This document shows positions 1 to 15,126 of a stretch of DNA of 64,000 bases, in pieces. Within the stretch, counting starts at the first letter, position 1. Each line of letters begins with the position of its first letter. The notes beneath the pieces were generated by a model. It saw only the letters and a list, made by a program, of their open reading frames with translations, had not been told where the DNA came from and did no database searches. This DNA is from Chrysomallon squamiferum (lineage: Eukaryota; Animalia; Mollusca), in the NCBI GenBank assembly GCA_012295275.1, contig CM022679.1, forward strand, positions 10,850,001 through 10,914,000. The letters are read 5' to 3'. The position numbers and the translations under genes were made by a program.

Positions 1-743
1 TATTTTCAGCTAAATTTCTTGATTCGTGTTACAGAAATATCTCCCACCCCACCCAAATCGCGTCTAGAACAAAGCTAGGTAAATAAAGTATATAGTTTTG
101 ATTTATTTTTCATTTTCATCAACATTGTGATATACACATTATACATTCCTGTGAGAAGAAAAGAAAAAAAAAGGAAATAGAACGTTGATGTAGGTCCGAT
201 TTTTTTTTTTTGAATTGGGATATATTTTCATCATGATGACTTATATAGAGATTATAAGATAGGTAACATACGAATAACGGGATCATGAAAATGTACATGA
301 TGAAAGAATCTAGGCGCACAGGTAAGCAGAAATAACAGGATCTATCAGAGTAATTATGAAATTAAAACAAACATTAACAATCATTTTGAAAGCGAGCTCT
401 ATCACATGATGTAAATATCGGTTATATCGGCTAATGGTTACACGATCAATCTACGCCAGTAAGTCAAAAGAAACATATCCCGTTCCAGCCAGAGCGCCAA
501 GACTGATGTTAGAAAATAGTATTATATGAAAGTAATTAAATAAAATACATGGCTAACAAACGGGATTTAAACATGAGCCAGATAAGTAAATAAAATTTGC
601 TTTGTTTTTACTTTTCAAAGTCCTGTCGACGAAAAAGAGAATAAGAAACTTCAACTGATTAGTTTTCATTCTCAACATTGTAACAAAAAGCTTTTATGCA
701 AGACAATGGTCGGAATCGGAAGGCGAATTGCAAATTATACTTT

Positions 744-899
<156 letters not shown>

Positions 900-1929
900 T
901 CTAATTTTGCGTACGCTTTGCTCTGAGATTTAGTTACCCGATTTAAAAACATACTGAATACACGCACATTATTGTAAATTTAAAGTTATAATTTTTCAAT
1001 AACACATTTGTTTTCTATATTGAGATTCTTGATGCAGAAAATGCTCTGAACTACTAGTATACCCATTCATTTAAACCTCCATATGTATGCATGTATGTGT
1101 GTACATATTTGTATGTGTTTTTGTTTATACATATTTGGTTGTGTGTATGTCCATACGTTATAGGTATATGTGTATGTGTATAAATATTTGAATGTGTGTG
1201 TATACGTATGTATTTGTTTGAGTATATATAGATACATAGTTTTATGCATATACGCTTATATATATATATATATAGTAATGAGTGACTGTTTGTAATTGTG
1301 GATGTTTATGTACAAGGATATATTTATGTAAGCGCAAGACTCAAGTTTTCGATTCAAAAGCACACTTACATGATTCAGTTCACATAACTAATAAAACAAG
1401 TTTTGTATATTTTATAAACACAATCTGAACAACGAAGACTCCGAAATTTTTCAATTAATCTTCGCAAACCTGGAAACAGTACAAGCACCATCATCTATTA
1501 ACATGTCAGCTGCCAACAGGCATCATACAGGTACAGTTAAATGAAGCAGTTATAAACTTTAAGCGAACAGGAGGCAATTCAAGCGTGCTAGACTACCTGT
1601 CTTACTAGCACGGAGCAAGCAGAAAACACATGCTAAATGCATATCTACCTCACAGCTGTACATTTTATTACCGATCCATAACATGGTTAATTCGAACAGG
1701 AGAATAATAATTGTATTTACTGACATGCTGCAGACATGCCTGTCCGTTTCAGGTATTGTGTGGTTGTCATAAATCATTTGTTTCTGTAACGTCCCTGTTT
1801 TCAGTAATATGCTTGGTTTTTTTGTGTTTTTTTTACAGCGGCCTTCGTCTTAGTTGATATCACGTAAAGAATTGGTCAGATGGTCATACAGATCATAAGG
1901 AATAAATATAAATGATACATTTGTATGAA

Positions 1930-2196
<267 letters not shown>

Positions 2197-3477
2197 TATA
2201 ATTTGCAATTCATCTTCCAATCCGGACCATTGTTTTTGTTACAATGTTGAGAATGAAAACTAATTAACTGAAGTTTTTTCTTCTGTTTTTCGTCGACAAG
2301 ACTTTGAAAAAGCCGAAAAAAAAGAAAAGGAAAGGCGTGTGTCAAGAAATAATTATCAATCTTTCTTCTCGTTTACCTGCATTCGATAGATCATCGTCAG
2401 TGACAACGATGCTGACGTTTCGTTGCAGGAAGCGGCACCGCAGAACAACAAACTGCATTCCAGCAAAATTATGTTTTGGTAAGTGATATGTCCAAAATGC
2501 TTTGCGAAAAGATTGTCAGAGAACCGTTATTCTTCACTGCTAGAATATGACCTTTATTGTTTTTGTTGTTACAAGACAAGCGTTATCCTTTTTGTTTAAT
2601 TATTACTAGTTTAATTAGTTTCAGTGTAAAGATTAAAAAGAAATAAACTTACTGAAAAACGTCATGGGCGGATGTATTAATTATAATCTTGGCAATATAT
2701 ACATATGACCATTTTTGTCATTACTTTAAATATCCATGAATTCTGTAACAAGATACTAGTACATAAAATAAGGAAATCATAATCATGTCAACCGGTTGAT
2801 TATAAATCAAAATTCAGAATTTATATTAAATGGAAATCATTTGTTTATATCTGATATATTTCAGACTTGAACTGGATCACTATAAGTATTTCTTAAAGTT
2901 ATTTTAATTTTTCTGATATTCAAACTGTATTAAAGAATGATTTTTGATCCTAAATTTAGATCACAATAAATTATTACTCTTCTCATCTCTCTGTACCACA
3001 GAGGTTGCAGTTGAAGAAATGCAATAAACATAATTTCTGTGGCAGTTTAATTTTTATCATGGCAACAGTCGGCTGTTTACAAAATAACAAACCAGCCATG
3101 CCTGTCTATAGCAATTAAACAAAACGCAACTAAATAAAAAAAAGTAACATACACAATTTGCTTTGCTGTAAACAAGATACTAAAAATTCCAAACGAAAGA
3201 TTTATTCGTATAAATCAGCAGTACACCTATGCACATGCAGCCTCCAGTATATTGTCTAGCTCAAAACATTTAAGCTTTTTCCTGTTCCAACACGAGTCTC
3301 AGATTGTTCGTGATTTTTGAAGGTATAATATAGTTAATATATAGATTAGTACAGCATGTGCAATCATATCTTGAGTTTATTTTATTTTATTTTATGATGA
3401 TGATGACGACGTTTTTATTAATGTTTTTATTGTTAAATAAGTATTTATTAATTATTTTATTTTATTTTATTTTATTT

Positions 3478-3540
<63 letters not shown>

Positions 3541-4021
3541 TTATTATTTTTTATTTTTTTATATTTTTTTATTTCTTTACATTTATTTTGGTATGATCAC
3601 ACACTGTGCAAAGACTAATTACATATCCAGTCACGGTTTAATTTTCGGGAAAGTTTTGTTTTCCCAATTACATTTTTTTTTATCCCTATTATTATTTTTT
3701 TTTTTTTTTTACTTTTTAATCCTGCGCAAGGAATTTGGAAACTGCTAGATCCATAACCAGATACCTTCGCATGACTGCAGAGTGTGCATCCCGAGTCCAA
3801 AGAGTTTAATGTTTCTATTTTTTATTTGCACATTTGTTTACACTGCCGTCTGCGTAATTTGAAAATAAAACACATTACACGCAGGGGGTTTAGGAAACCG
3901 CCTGTTTCATTATGTTTATTTACACGTGCACTCAACGTGCATGATGTTGCTGCATCTGCATGCAGCGCATAAAATGCAACTGTTATGTGTCCGGGTAAGC
4001 AGAGAGGATTTCTGGTTACAA

Positions 4022-4570
4022 AATATTCGAGTAAAAACCATATAAATTCGAGATAGTGAGCGTTCGGGAGAGAAGGTATTTAAGATCAGATCCGAGAAAA
4101 AAATATTCGAAATAGGGAGTATATAAGAAAGAAAATATACGAGGAAGAGAATATTCGAGATAGATACATTAAAGTAATTAGATATTCGAAAGACGAAGCA
4201 TTCGATGTATAATAGACTCAAATCAGAAAACACTCAAGAAAGAATGTATTCGAAACAATACAATATATTCACATATTCAGAATGTTCAGATGGAGAGCAT
4301 TCGATTATTTACACATTAAAAGTATAAGATTTCTGAAAATTAAGTATTCCAGATATAGAGCATTCGAGTAAATACACATCGAGGTAAAACAAAATAATCA
4401 TTAACAAACGTATTCTGAAAAGGATGTATTCGAGAAAGACAATATTCGAGTATGTACACATTGGAGGTATAAAACGTACTGAAAATGATATTCAAAATAG
4501 AGATAGAGACCATTCAAGCATTTACACATTCGAAATAGAAACCATTCTGAATAGGATATATTCGAGGTAT
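4022..4570. repeat. Degenerate 16-bp-period minisatellite with (A/G)(T/C)ATTCGA core
   Basis: Core recurs at 4151, 4166, 4182, 4198, 4214, 4230, 4246 and onward. Confidence 0.8.
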
Positions 4571-5689
4571 AGAATAAACATAATATATAAAGAAAATAAC
4601 AGAGAAATGTTTTAAAACAAAAATTATGACATGCTTTACGACGTTGCAAAATGGAAAAAAAAATAAAAAAGATATCCTTGTTTAAATTTTGAATGTCTTA
4701 TTTATGTGATACAGCAGGATATTTCATGTCAGACAGATTGTATGCATCTATCATTTTTATTATAAAGAATTTTAAATATTTCTTACACAAAGTATTAATT
4801 ACATTGTTTATTGCTTGTGACCAAGGGTTCATTACAATTATGTCATGTTTAGTACGTTGAATTTTAAATATTTTTACATAAATCATATTATTTGATTATA
4901 TATAAGATATAGGAGCACTAATGTCATATTAAATTGTAAATGAAATAAACAAATCATAGGTTTATAGTGTATGCAGTTATATATTATGAATGAAGCATAG
5001 AGTTTACGTATGTTTTATTATGCATGTAGAATCAATCATTTGGTTATAAATGATATCAGTCTACTATTCAGTGGGATTTTTTATGTTCCGTTATGTCTGT
5101 ACAATAAATCATTTGGTTATAAATGACAACAGGACGTTATCTGTTTCCTTTTCGTTGCTTTTTTTTTATTTATTTTCAATTACTATAAAGACGTATGTCA
5201 GAATAATTGCAGTTTCATATCTGGCAAAATAAAATTATAAATACGGTTTTAATGTTGTTACTTAACCAAAGAAACAGGAACATTTCCAGCATTCGTACAT
5301 TTTGCAAATCAAATTTTGTTCTCGAATTTCTCTCACGGTCATTCATCTAACTTCCTTTCTGCCATGCAAAACGATACAATCTGAAATTACCTTAATTTAC
5401 TTTATTTATTGGATTCTATCTTATCTCACACAGCTCAGCAAAATGTTCCAAATTCCAAATTGAGGTCAACTAATGTGTTTTCCCAGTTTACAATAAACAA
5501 ACAATAAAGTCTGCTGAAACACAGTTTAAAACTCCGAGTAGGTTTGTTGTTGGAAATGTTAGAAAACAACAAACAGCAAGAAATGGGTTACAGTTACCGA
5601 TACGTAGCATGATAATTATTGTTGTGGGATGTACTTTGATGAAGAAATGGATAACGGTATTATTGGTGTTTTAATGATGATGATAAAGT

Positions 5690-6010
5690 CATAATAAAAA
5701 TAATAGCAGTAATATCAAGCAACAACAATAGCAACTGTTACAATAACAACAATAATAATAATAATAATAACAATAATAATAATATAATAATAATAATAAT
5801 AATATAATAATAATAATAACAATAAGAGTAACAATAACAATAATAATAGCATTAACAACAACATCATTATCAGCAGCAGCAGCCACCTCAGCAAAAACAA
5901 CAACTACTACCATGACAATAATAACAGTAATTATATATTTTTATATATAAAAATCAGAACAGTATCGGTCAAAACAACAGCAGCAGCAACAACAGCAGCA
6001 ATGATAATGA
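5690..6010. repeat. Compound (AAT)n/(AAC)n/(AGC)n tract
   Basis: Seen directly. Confidence 0.9.
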
Positions 6011-7080
6011 CGACCATGGCGATGAAAAATTACACACCCATACAAGACAGAAATTAATTCTGACTATAAATAACACATTCAGTTTTGTGAATCGCGGAAG
6101 AAAACGAAGGAACTGCTTTAAGAATTCTTTATTTTATACCACGTGACTTTTTTTACTGGTGCAAGAAAAATAATACAGACGTATAGCGAATTATGAAATA
6201 AATTAATTTACCAACACAAATCAATTAGAACGAAAATGTTTTAACTAAAAACATACATTGTCAAATAAACACAACTGTGGCACCTCGTGGCATTACATAA
6301 ACAAGTTAATTTTGTTATTAATTATTTTAAAACGCAGATAATAGTTTACAGTTCTATTGGAATCTGTTTGCATTTAGAGCTGACACTAATTAATTTAATC
6401 ATGATTTGTTTTTCTTTTATAAAAAGCTGCAATTTTTTCCTCGACTGTTGTAAACATGAATTAATGTTGCTAGTTTGTCTGCGAGTGCTGTTGTTATTTT
6501 ATATTTTGGAAAAATGATGGCGCCTAATTATTAAAAATTATAATTGAAGAGATGTTTTTTGGGGAAAACGGTAAATACATTCATCATAATCTTTTTTTTT
6601 TTTTTTTTTTTTTACATATGAAAAGAAAAATGTTCTAATGGCTTAAAGGTAATAATTCGAAAACATAAAACAGACATTTTTACTTGAGATAATACAGACA
6701 CTAAATCTAGAATTTAAATTAATACATAAATCTGCATGAGGAAGATTCCAAAACCATTTTTCTTCTACAAAACTCATTTATCTGAGAGAATTGTACATAT
6801 TTCACCCTTTTTTTTTTTTTAAATCTGTCAATTAGCAAGTATAAATATATGATAATTCTGTCGTTGTCATAATAGAAAATACTTCCAACAGTTATAAAAA
6901 CTGGAATTAGATGCACATCTAATGAGATTATTCAAGGATACTTGTCTTCTTGCGCTTTCGTTCTTACGTTATTAGCAGTTTCTTTGATTAGACTTTGCTC
7001 GGTTTTAACTAGGCATCGTTTTCTATCTAAACTCTTTCCGTATTTAATGTTTTATGCTATCAATGAATGTAAGAATATCC

Positions 7081-7140
7081 CATGTAATTAAAAATCAGCC
7101 TTCAGACTGCGAGGTTCCCAGTTCAAATCCCGACTTCTGT
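7081..7140 (+). mobile_element. tRNA-derived SINE head (degenerate)
   Basis: GCGAGGTTCCCAGTTCAAATCCCG has a T-arm/B-box at 7121-7130; D-arm and acceptor stem are eroded. Confidence 0.4.
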
Positions 7141-7484
7141 TCAAAGATAACTGAAGATATAAAACATGTATTCTCCAAATTAATAAAACATATATTACTT
7201 TAATAATATTGACATTAAATCTAGTATTTTTAGTTAACATATGAATATGCAATGGGAAAATTCCAAACGATTTAATGAACATACATTTCTGATTTAAAAC
7301 AAAAAAACTTTCAATGGAAGTAAAGCACGCTTCCCAAGCTTATTTGTTTGGTTTGAGTAACAAAACAAACATCAACTAGAAACAGTTCCATAAAATTATT
7401 TTAACGAAAAACAAGTTCAGACTCACAAGGGTATAAGCACTTTAGCTGAAAATTAACAGCGGTAGAAATACAAAACTTTGACGA

Positions 7485-7515
<31 letters not shown>

Positions 7516-8019
7516 CAAACTGGACAGAAAATCTGTCTTCGTGATACGTTTTTTATTCCCATCTTGAAATAGATCTGCCAATTTATGTCTTAAAATTAGA
7601 AGCAGGTTAAATCAATGTGGCGTGCTCTAAATTTAAACCGCGCCTTACCCTTGAGTATTTACTGAAAAACATTTCAGACAATGTTTTGATATTTCCGAAG
7701 CAGCCTGGTAACCGATTTCGAAACAGTTTTGGGAATTTCGAGTTTGCGTCATTTGCTCTGAAGTGTTTACGTACATCCCTTGAAGGCAGAAACTTGGTGG
7801 AAGCAGAGAAATATTTTGTTTTGTGATCAGATACTTAGAAAACGAAATATTTCGTACTGGAATGCAGGTGCTGATGGCTGTGTGTTTAGTTACTGCTACC
7901 AGACCACGATGTTGTCATTATCTTAATCGTCAAGTGTATCATTCCCGTCAGCATCTTCCCTTGTTTTTAATACCGCCATTCATTTATTTAGTGGTAACGA
8001 TTGTTCTTGATGTGGTTAC

Positions 8020-8050
<31 letters not shown>

Positions 8051-8260
8051 GTTGTTGTTGTTGTTGTTGCTGTTGTTGCTGCTGTTGTTATCGGTAGTAG
8101 TGGTAGCAGTAACAGTAGTAAAAAAGGGTACCAGTTATGGTACTAGTAATAGTATTAGAAATAGTAGTATCAGTAGTAGCTTTTGTAGTATGTTAGTAGC
8201 AGCAGAAATAGTAGTAGTGGTAGTAATGGTAGTAGTAGTAGTAGTAGCAGCAGCAGCAAC
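8020..8260. repeat. Compound (ATT)n/(GTT)n/(AGT)n tract
   Basis: Seen directly. Confidence 0.9.
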
Positions 8261-8484
8261 ACTAGTGAGGATTTTAATATAGCAGTGGCGTCTGTTTTAG
8301 AATGTTACTAGTTACTGTTTTAGTGATAGTAATAATATTTTTCGAACAAATATTCCCAAATCGTTATTGATAACGATTGCTATTCCAAGAGAGTTTATCT
8401 GATGATTCAGTGCGTCAGACCTGTTTTCTTTTGTTTTTGTTTGGCCCTTCAGTTTGTTTTTGTCCTCTGGATGGGTCATTAAGG

Positions 8485-8940
8485 TACGTACGTACGTACG
8501 TACGTTAGCATGTTTGTGTGTATGTATGTGCGTATGCATGTATGGATGGATGTATGTATGTTTGTAAGTATGTATCTGTGTAAGTATATTATGTATGTAT
8601 GTATCTATACATGCATGTATGTGTATATTTATGTATGTATGTATTTTGTGCATGTTTATAGATCTGTATGTAATTCTGTGTTATGTATGTGTGTATGTTA
8701 GTATGTATGTATTTATGTACGATGTATGAACATATGTAGTACTTATGTATGTATGTATGTACATGTATGTATGCACGTTCGTAAGCCTACATTTGAATGT
8801 ATATCTATATGTATGTACTTACTTATCTGTGTTTGTATGTACATATATTTATTTGTACGCATGTGCACGTACGCCCGTACGTACGTAATTTTTTTTTTAT
8901 GTATTGTATCAGTATACCTTTATGTATGTTTGTATAAACG
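8485..8940. repeat. Degenerate (TATG)n tract
   Basis: Seen directly; similar tracts at about 9900-10160, 18550-18715, 31950-32230, 35185-35360, 37050-37290, 38485-39230 and 55690-56010. Confidence 0.9.
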
Positions 8941-9318
8941 TATTTGTGCTTTTATGCGTTTGGCATTACTGTGAATTAAGCAGTAACTGTCACTTTTCGC
9001 AAGAACTACCAACAGTTTTACTTATCACGAACGATAAATATTATTTCCCATTTGGCACTTTTAGTGTTCAACAACAGTCGAACCAGGCCGGCTGTTGCCC
9101 GAATTCCACAAGACTGTTGTAGCTAGAACGAAGATGTAATGACTTTCTGTTGATTTTAAGACTGTAGCGTTTATAGCTATTTTGGAACGGATTGTAAATC
9201 CTTTTATCGCGATTAAAATCAGTGGTAACCGGTAAGAAATTTTTCGGTTAATGACGTTTTCGGAATTTTTCGGACATTTTCGGAAATTTTCGGAATCTGT
9301 AAATATTATTATTATTAT

Positions 9319-9349
<31 letters not shown>

Positions 9350-11215
9350 CAAAATAATTATTTCAGGTGACGACAAAACAACAGAAAATGATGATGATAA
9401 CGTAGAATGACAGTGGTTCTGATGATGATGATGATGATGATTATAATGATTGTATATACATGTGCGTGTGTATATATGTGTGTATGTAGACAAAGACAGG
9501 AAGATTCATAGAGAGACAGATATACACAAATGGACAGTACAGTTTAATAGTAAATTTAAAATAAAATAAAAATGTACAAAGTAAAAAAAAAAAGTGATTC
9601 TGAAAATAATAATCATTTGATTTATTACAGTGAACTCTACCTGCAAGGTAAGCAGGGCGCCTGTTGTTTCTGATACTGAACAGTTAAAGAACAATGACAA
9701 ATGCTGAGTAAAAAGTCGTTGAGATCTATTATGATAAAAGTAAAGATATGAATGAAAAAAAAATATATATATAAAAAAAAAAAACAAAAAAAATCTTGAA
9801 AGCTCAAATACTTCAAGTTGTAATGGAATACAAAACAGATGAATGAAATACATTTATTTTTTATGTATATATATATATGGATGTTCGTGAAACGGTGTTT
9901 TCGATAGTGTGTGTGTGTGTGTGTGTGTGCGTAAGCAGGTACGCATACATGCGTAGATGTGCAAATGTGTGTATTTATATATACCTTTATGTATGTGTGT
10001 GTATATGTACGTATTTATGTATGTATGTATGTACGTAGTTATGCATGCAGATACGTATGTATGTATGTAGGTATGCATGCAGGTACGTATGTATATACGT
10101 AGATATATGTTTATGTGTATGTGTGTACGTGCGTACGTATGTATGAGTATATGCACCTATGTATGAATTTATTAATGAATGTATTTATTATTACATTCAT
10201 GTGTATTTTTGTGCATATGCATATGTTATTGTAAATGCATGTCTAAATGTAAGTTGTATCTAGTCATGCATGTATATGTCTGCATTCCAATGTCCTTTGT
10301 TTTCTTTTGCAGATGGTATTTAACGATAAATTACTCAAGGGCAATGTGTTAATTATAAACGTCTTATTTCGTAATATCACATCGTCTAACTGCTACAATT
10401 AAACTAAGCTCAAGAATTTACTGAGTTGGCAACTGCCAAGAATAAGAATTAACCAACAGAACACTAAATTGCATATCAATGTCTAATTATATCAAGTTAA
10501 AAAATTATGTTATGGTATTTTGGTACATTAAGCAGAAATGTTTGAAAAATGTATTATTATTATAATCATTATTATTATTATGATCATCATCATCATCAAC
10601 ATCAACATCATCATCATCATCATCATTATTATTATTATTTTATGCTTTTTATTTATTCATAATTGTACTTGTATATTAACGGATACTATCTGTCTGTATA
10701 ATTCATCATAATTTAGTCAAACAGAACTGAAGAATTCTGCATAAACTAAAGAAACAGTAAATATCATAACACACTGAAAGCTATGATACCGATGACCCTG
10801 TCTGTTTTTAGCCTGGAAGACATATAAGCAAAATAAGAGTATTATTTACAATTTCAAAATATATATATACATATATATTTTTTGAACATGCTAAACATGT
10901 AAAATATATTCCGAGCAGTGAAGCGGGAGACATATGGATGATTCTGGCACGTGAAGCGGCTGCTATCAAACACAATACATATCGGTGAAAAAAACAGCAA
11001 AAATGCGATTCGCCTAGGAAAAACATAATCAGTATTGGATGTCCAATTATGAAATAGGTGCAAACAGAATCGTCTTTCCCGGCTTCTTGTCTGCAGTTCT
11101 TGCAAGCACTTATACACAGCAGGAAGGTCGATACACTTTGTGTTCGAGAGTAGTGGCGTTTTGCCACTGCATTGATTTCAAACTCTCGGCGGAAAGTCAT
11201 TGAATCCATATTGAA

Positions 11216-11336
11216 CAGCACAAATGTTATTATCTGCACCAGTTGTTCAGCGTTTCTGTTTATCTCTTCACGAGATATTTTTTTAACATTAGATAACTCT
11301 GACAATCATATAAACTCTTTGTTTTTTCACCTGTTT
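11216..11336 (+). repeat. Dispersed direct repeat, copy A (about 120 bp)
   Basis: About 90% identical by eye to 15009-15126. Confidence 0.9.
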
Positions 11337-11770
11337 GTCTACATGTATATATATATATATATGTGTGTGTGTAAATGTATTTATGTACATACGTGTATGT
11401 ATGTTTAAAAAGAATCATATACTTTTATCAATTACAATTCGGTGAAGTAAAAAATGCATTGTCATGAATGTTTTAATAGTATATATTTTTTGTCTTTAAT
11501 TTTTTTTTTTTGAAGATGCAACTGCCTGCAGTTAACTGATTATTCATGAACACTACTGATTTGGATATATCGGTAACAGCTATGAATATTTTTAAATGAC
11601 AAAAGGAATATTATTATTTTTGTTATTATTATTATTAGTCAAATTTGAAACTATTTTTGCCATTGACGTTCATGAAATCAATGTATATTTATGGGTGAAA
11701 TAAATAACCATTTAATTTGAATAAACTGATTAACAAAAGAAAGAAATACGATAATTATGTGGTAACCATT

Positions 11771-11850
<80 letters not shown>

Positions 11851-12276
11851 TGTCAGTTTGTCTTTCTTACATTTTAAATTTATTTTTTTTTTAGATACAA
11901 CTGCACATAATTATGCATAAATACGTATACACAGACTCACACATACACATACAAACATACACACGACACAAAGACACACTCATAAACAATGGCATCAAAT
12001 TCGATACGTAATCTAATCATGTTTGCCACAAAAACAAACGCGCACACATACCAAATGAAAATAATGAAACCGGAACGGACAGGGACAATAGCTAACGGGT
12101 TCATTCTTTTTACAGATTAAGGTGAAACAGTTCTGAGTATTTGTTCCACTACACCTGTCAGTATTTGTTCACATAACAACCAGCATTAACCTAAGCAAAC
12201 ATGCAGCTCAGAATTTATTATTGAAGATCTAGAAAGTTTTACCTATCAAATGATGTTTATTAATGTAACGCCTTTT

Positions 12277-12502
12277 GGACGCAGCTCACTGATAAAACGC
12301 TCGTGGTACAGTAGGTCTTCGGATCGAATCTTCTTATTGCACCACTGAGTTGTTCCTCGTATCTGTGTTTCGCAAATGGCGAGACAGAGGCGTGGTACGT
12401 ACTACCCTGTCCAAGTGATGGTACGTATATACAAAAAACCAACTAATGACGTGGCAGTAACTGTCATTCTGAATGGTCTTTAAACATATGTCCGATGTCA
12501 TA
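12277..12502 (+). mobile_element. Degenerate tRNA-derived SINE
   Basis: A-box-like GCAGCTCACTGAT (about 12281) and B-box-like GGATCGAATCT (12321), followed by about 170 bp of body; no cloverleaf; related fragments elsewhere in the window. Confidence 0.6.
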
Positions 12503-13794
12503 GCAGTTTATTAGTTTATTGAAGGCTTACATGACATTATATTTAAGTATCATATGACAGACAATAAAACTTGACGTAATACATTATCTATACAAAATGA
12601 TATTGTAATCTACCCTAATTAGGATGATAATAAACACAAAACATATATATATGTAGTTATTTATAGTCCAGAAACTGATCTACCACCTTAAACAATGCTG
12701 AGGTAGCATCGACTGTTCGACTGTTCAGAAGGTGTCGATGGTAGAATTAGTTTGGGCAAATCCCAACAGTTTTGGAAGCGCCAATACTCTGACAGTTTGG
12801 TGTCTCGATGAATAAAAAAAGACATGAGTGCAGGATTAAATAAGATTTTTTTTTTCCTCAGAAAGCCGTTACTGAGAACAGCCATTTTGAAATCTCTTCC
12901 ACTAACTGTCGTAAAACAATTACCTCGCGTTTGTTTTTCGATGCGTGGCAAACACGATCAGATTACGTATCAAGTTATTGATATTAGATCAACACGGATA
13001 CGCGAACGGAATGGAGGAAACAAACAAAGCAGACATTTCGTTATCGACAGATCACTGAAGCAATAACAAACAGCGTACAACTGGGTCACCCCACCTTAAA
13101 GGGAGTCGCTCGCCAAACGTAAGACACCTGTAAAACCAGTTAATGGATGAGGCGTCTGTTTAAGTTCGTTAAAGAAAAAACACAATAATAATATGAAGTC
13201 TGTTTCTTTGTTTGTTTATTAAGAACGTTCAAAACCTTTTTTTCTTTCTTTCTTTCTTTTCTTTTCTTTTTTTCTCTCAAAAGCTGAAGTATCAAACACT
13301 GTTTTCTAATAATTACGCGCGAGAGAAAAGGCTGTTAGCAGTCGTAATTGTTTGTCGTTGTTTTTTTTTATTGTTGTTTTTTTTATTGTTTGTTTGTTTA
13401 TAAACTTGGAAAAGCTAGTCATGCGGTACTGGCTGGCACAGAACTATCTAAATGAATCAATTGAAAAGATGTAAACTTGTAATCTATCGCGAGTCGGTCG
13501 TAGGAGTATAAACAAAACATCTGCAGGATGTGTACGTAATGACGTTCAGATTACAGGAAATACACAAACACGACAACTTGAAATTTTTATAAATATTAGT
13601 TGGAAAAACTCGTGTCTTGGGGTATTTTTTTTTTCCTTCTGTAGGTCTACTATCTACGTTTCTTTTTTCCCTCTTTCTTTCTATGTATCTACTTTTATCT
13701 ATCCATCTATAGCTATATCTATCTATCTAATCTACCTGTTTATATATCTATGTATCTACCTATTTACCTATTTACCTATCTATGAAGGTATGTA

Positions 13795-14016
<222 letters not shown>

Positions 14017-15008
14017 AACGCTGTGTATCTCATTATCTCAGTCATTTTCTCATTTTCTCTGTATCTTCTTTCTTTATCTACTCCTGTGTTCTGTCTGTCT
14101 CTGTATCTGTTTAGTTAGATAATTATCTGCCTTCTTCATCTAGCTCTCTCCATCTCTCACTCTGTCTCTCACTCACTCACTCACTCACTCACTCACTGAC
14201 TCTCTCACTAGAAATTATTTAATTTTTTACATTTTTACTAATGAGTTGCATCGCATCCTTCAGTTAACGAACACTTACAGTTCAAAACAATCTCAGAGCA
14301 AACTTCTCTTCAGCTAAACACATGTATAATTCTCTTCCATCAACAAACATTTTTTTGCCAATTAGGTGCCTTTCCAAAGTTAAAGAAAAATAGATCTTTT
14401 TAATTCGTTATGACGTTTCCCGTGCATTCAAAGACAAACGGTTAAGGTGCATTCACTCGACGTTATTTAGAATAACGTTTTTGATTTATGTACGTGGATT
14501 CAGAAGAGAGGTCGGCACTGCAACGGTGCCCCACCCTTTCTGAAATACTGACTTGTACTTGACGTAAAACAGTTTAGTTTCCATTCCATTAATAAGAATC
14601 GTTAAAGCGCAATTATTATGAAAAAGACGTTAACAAATGAAAACAGACTTAGAAATGAGTATCCCACCCAGCTTGCAAGCGAAAAAAATAAAAATAAAAT
14701 AAAAAGAAACGCAAAGTAGCAATGATAAATAAGGAATAAAAAACGACTGTTGAAAGAAAGACGGAAATGAAGGAAAGAAGAATTAAATAAATAATAAATG
14801 AAAGAAAAAGATAATTATATAATGTTAAAAAAATAATAATTATATATGTGTGTAAAGATAGAAAACATAAATGTCAGTAAAATTAAAATTTTTGTGAAAA
14901 AATGAAAAAACATTTTTCTTTTTCTCGTTCTGTCTGTCTTTCACCTGTGTTTCTCTCTCTCTCTCTCTCTCTCTCTGAACTTAACACACTGTTTCTACAT
15001 GAATTATG

Positions 15009-15126
15009 CAGTACAAATGTTATTATCTGCACCAGTTGTTCAACGTTTCTGTTTATCTCATAACGAGATAGGTTTTAACATTAGATAACTCTGACAATCC
15101 AATAAACTCTTGTTTTTCACCTGTTT
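15009..15126 (+). repeat. Dispersed direct repeat, copy B
   Basis: About 90% identical by eye to 11216-11336. Confidence 0.9.

Noticed and set aside
4022-4570. Repeat-spacer appearance suggesting a CRISPR array
   Set aside because: The core is only about 8 bp and degenerate, spacers are about 8 bp, no cas genes are present, and the context is eukaryotic.
7081-7140. tRNA gene (also considered at 12277-12335)
   Set aside because: Only B-box/T-arm-like remnants are present, with no acceptor or anticodon stem pairing; better explained as SINE heads.
12698-12745. let-7-like miRNA hairpin (TGAGGTAG...)
   Set aside because: The match to let-7 ends after 8 nt and the stem (TAGCATCGAC/GTCGATGGTA) is only about 10 bp, too short for a pre-miRNA.
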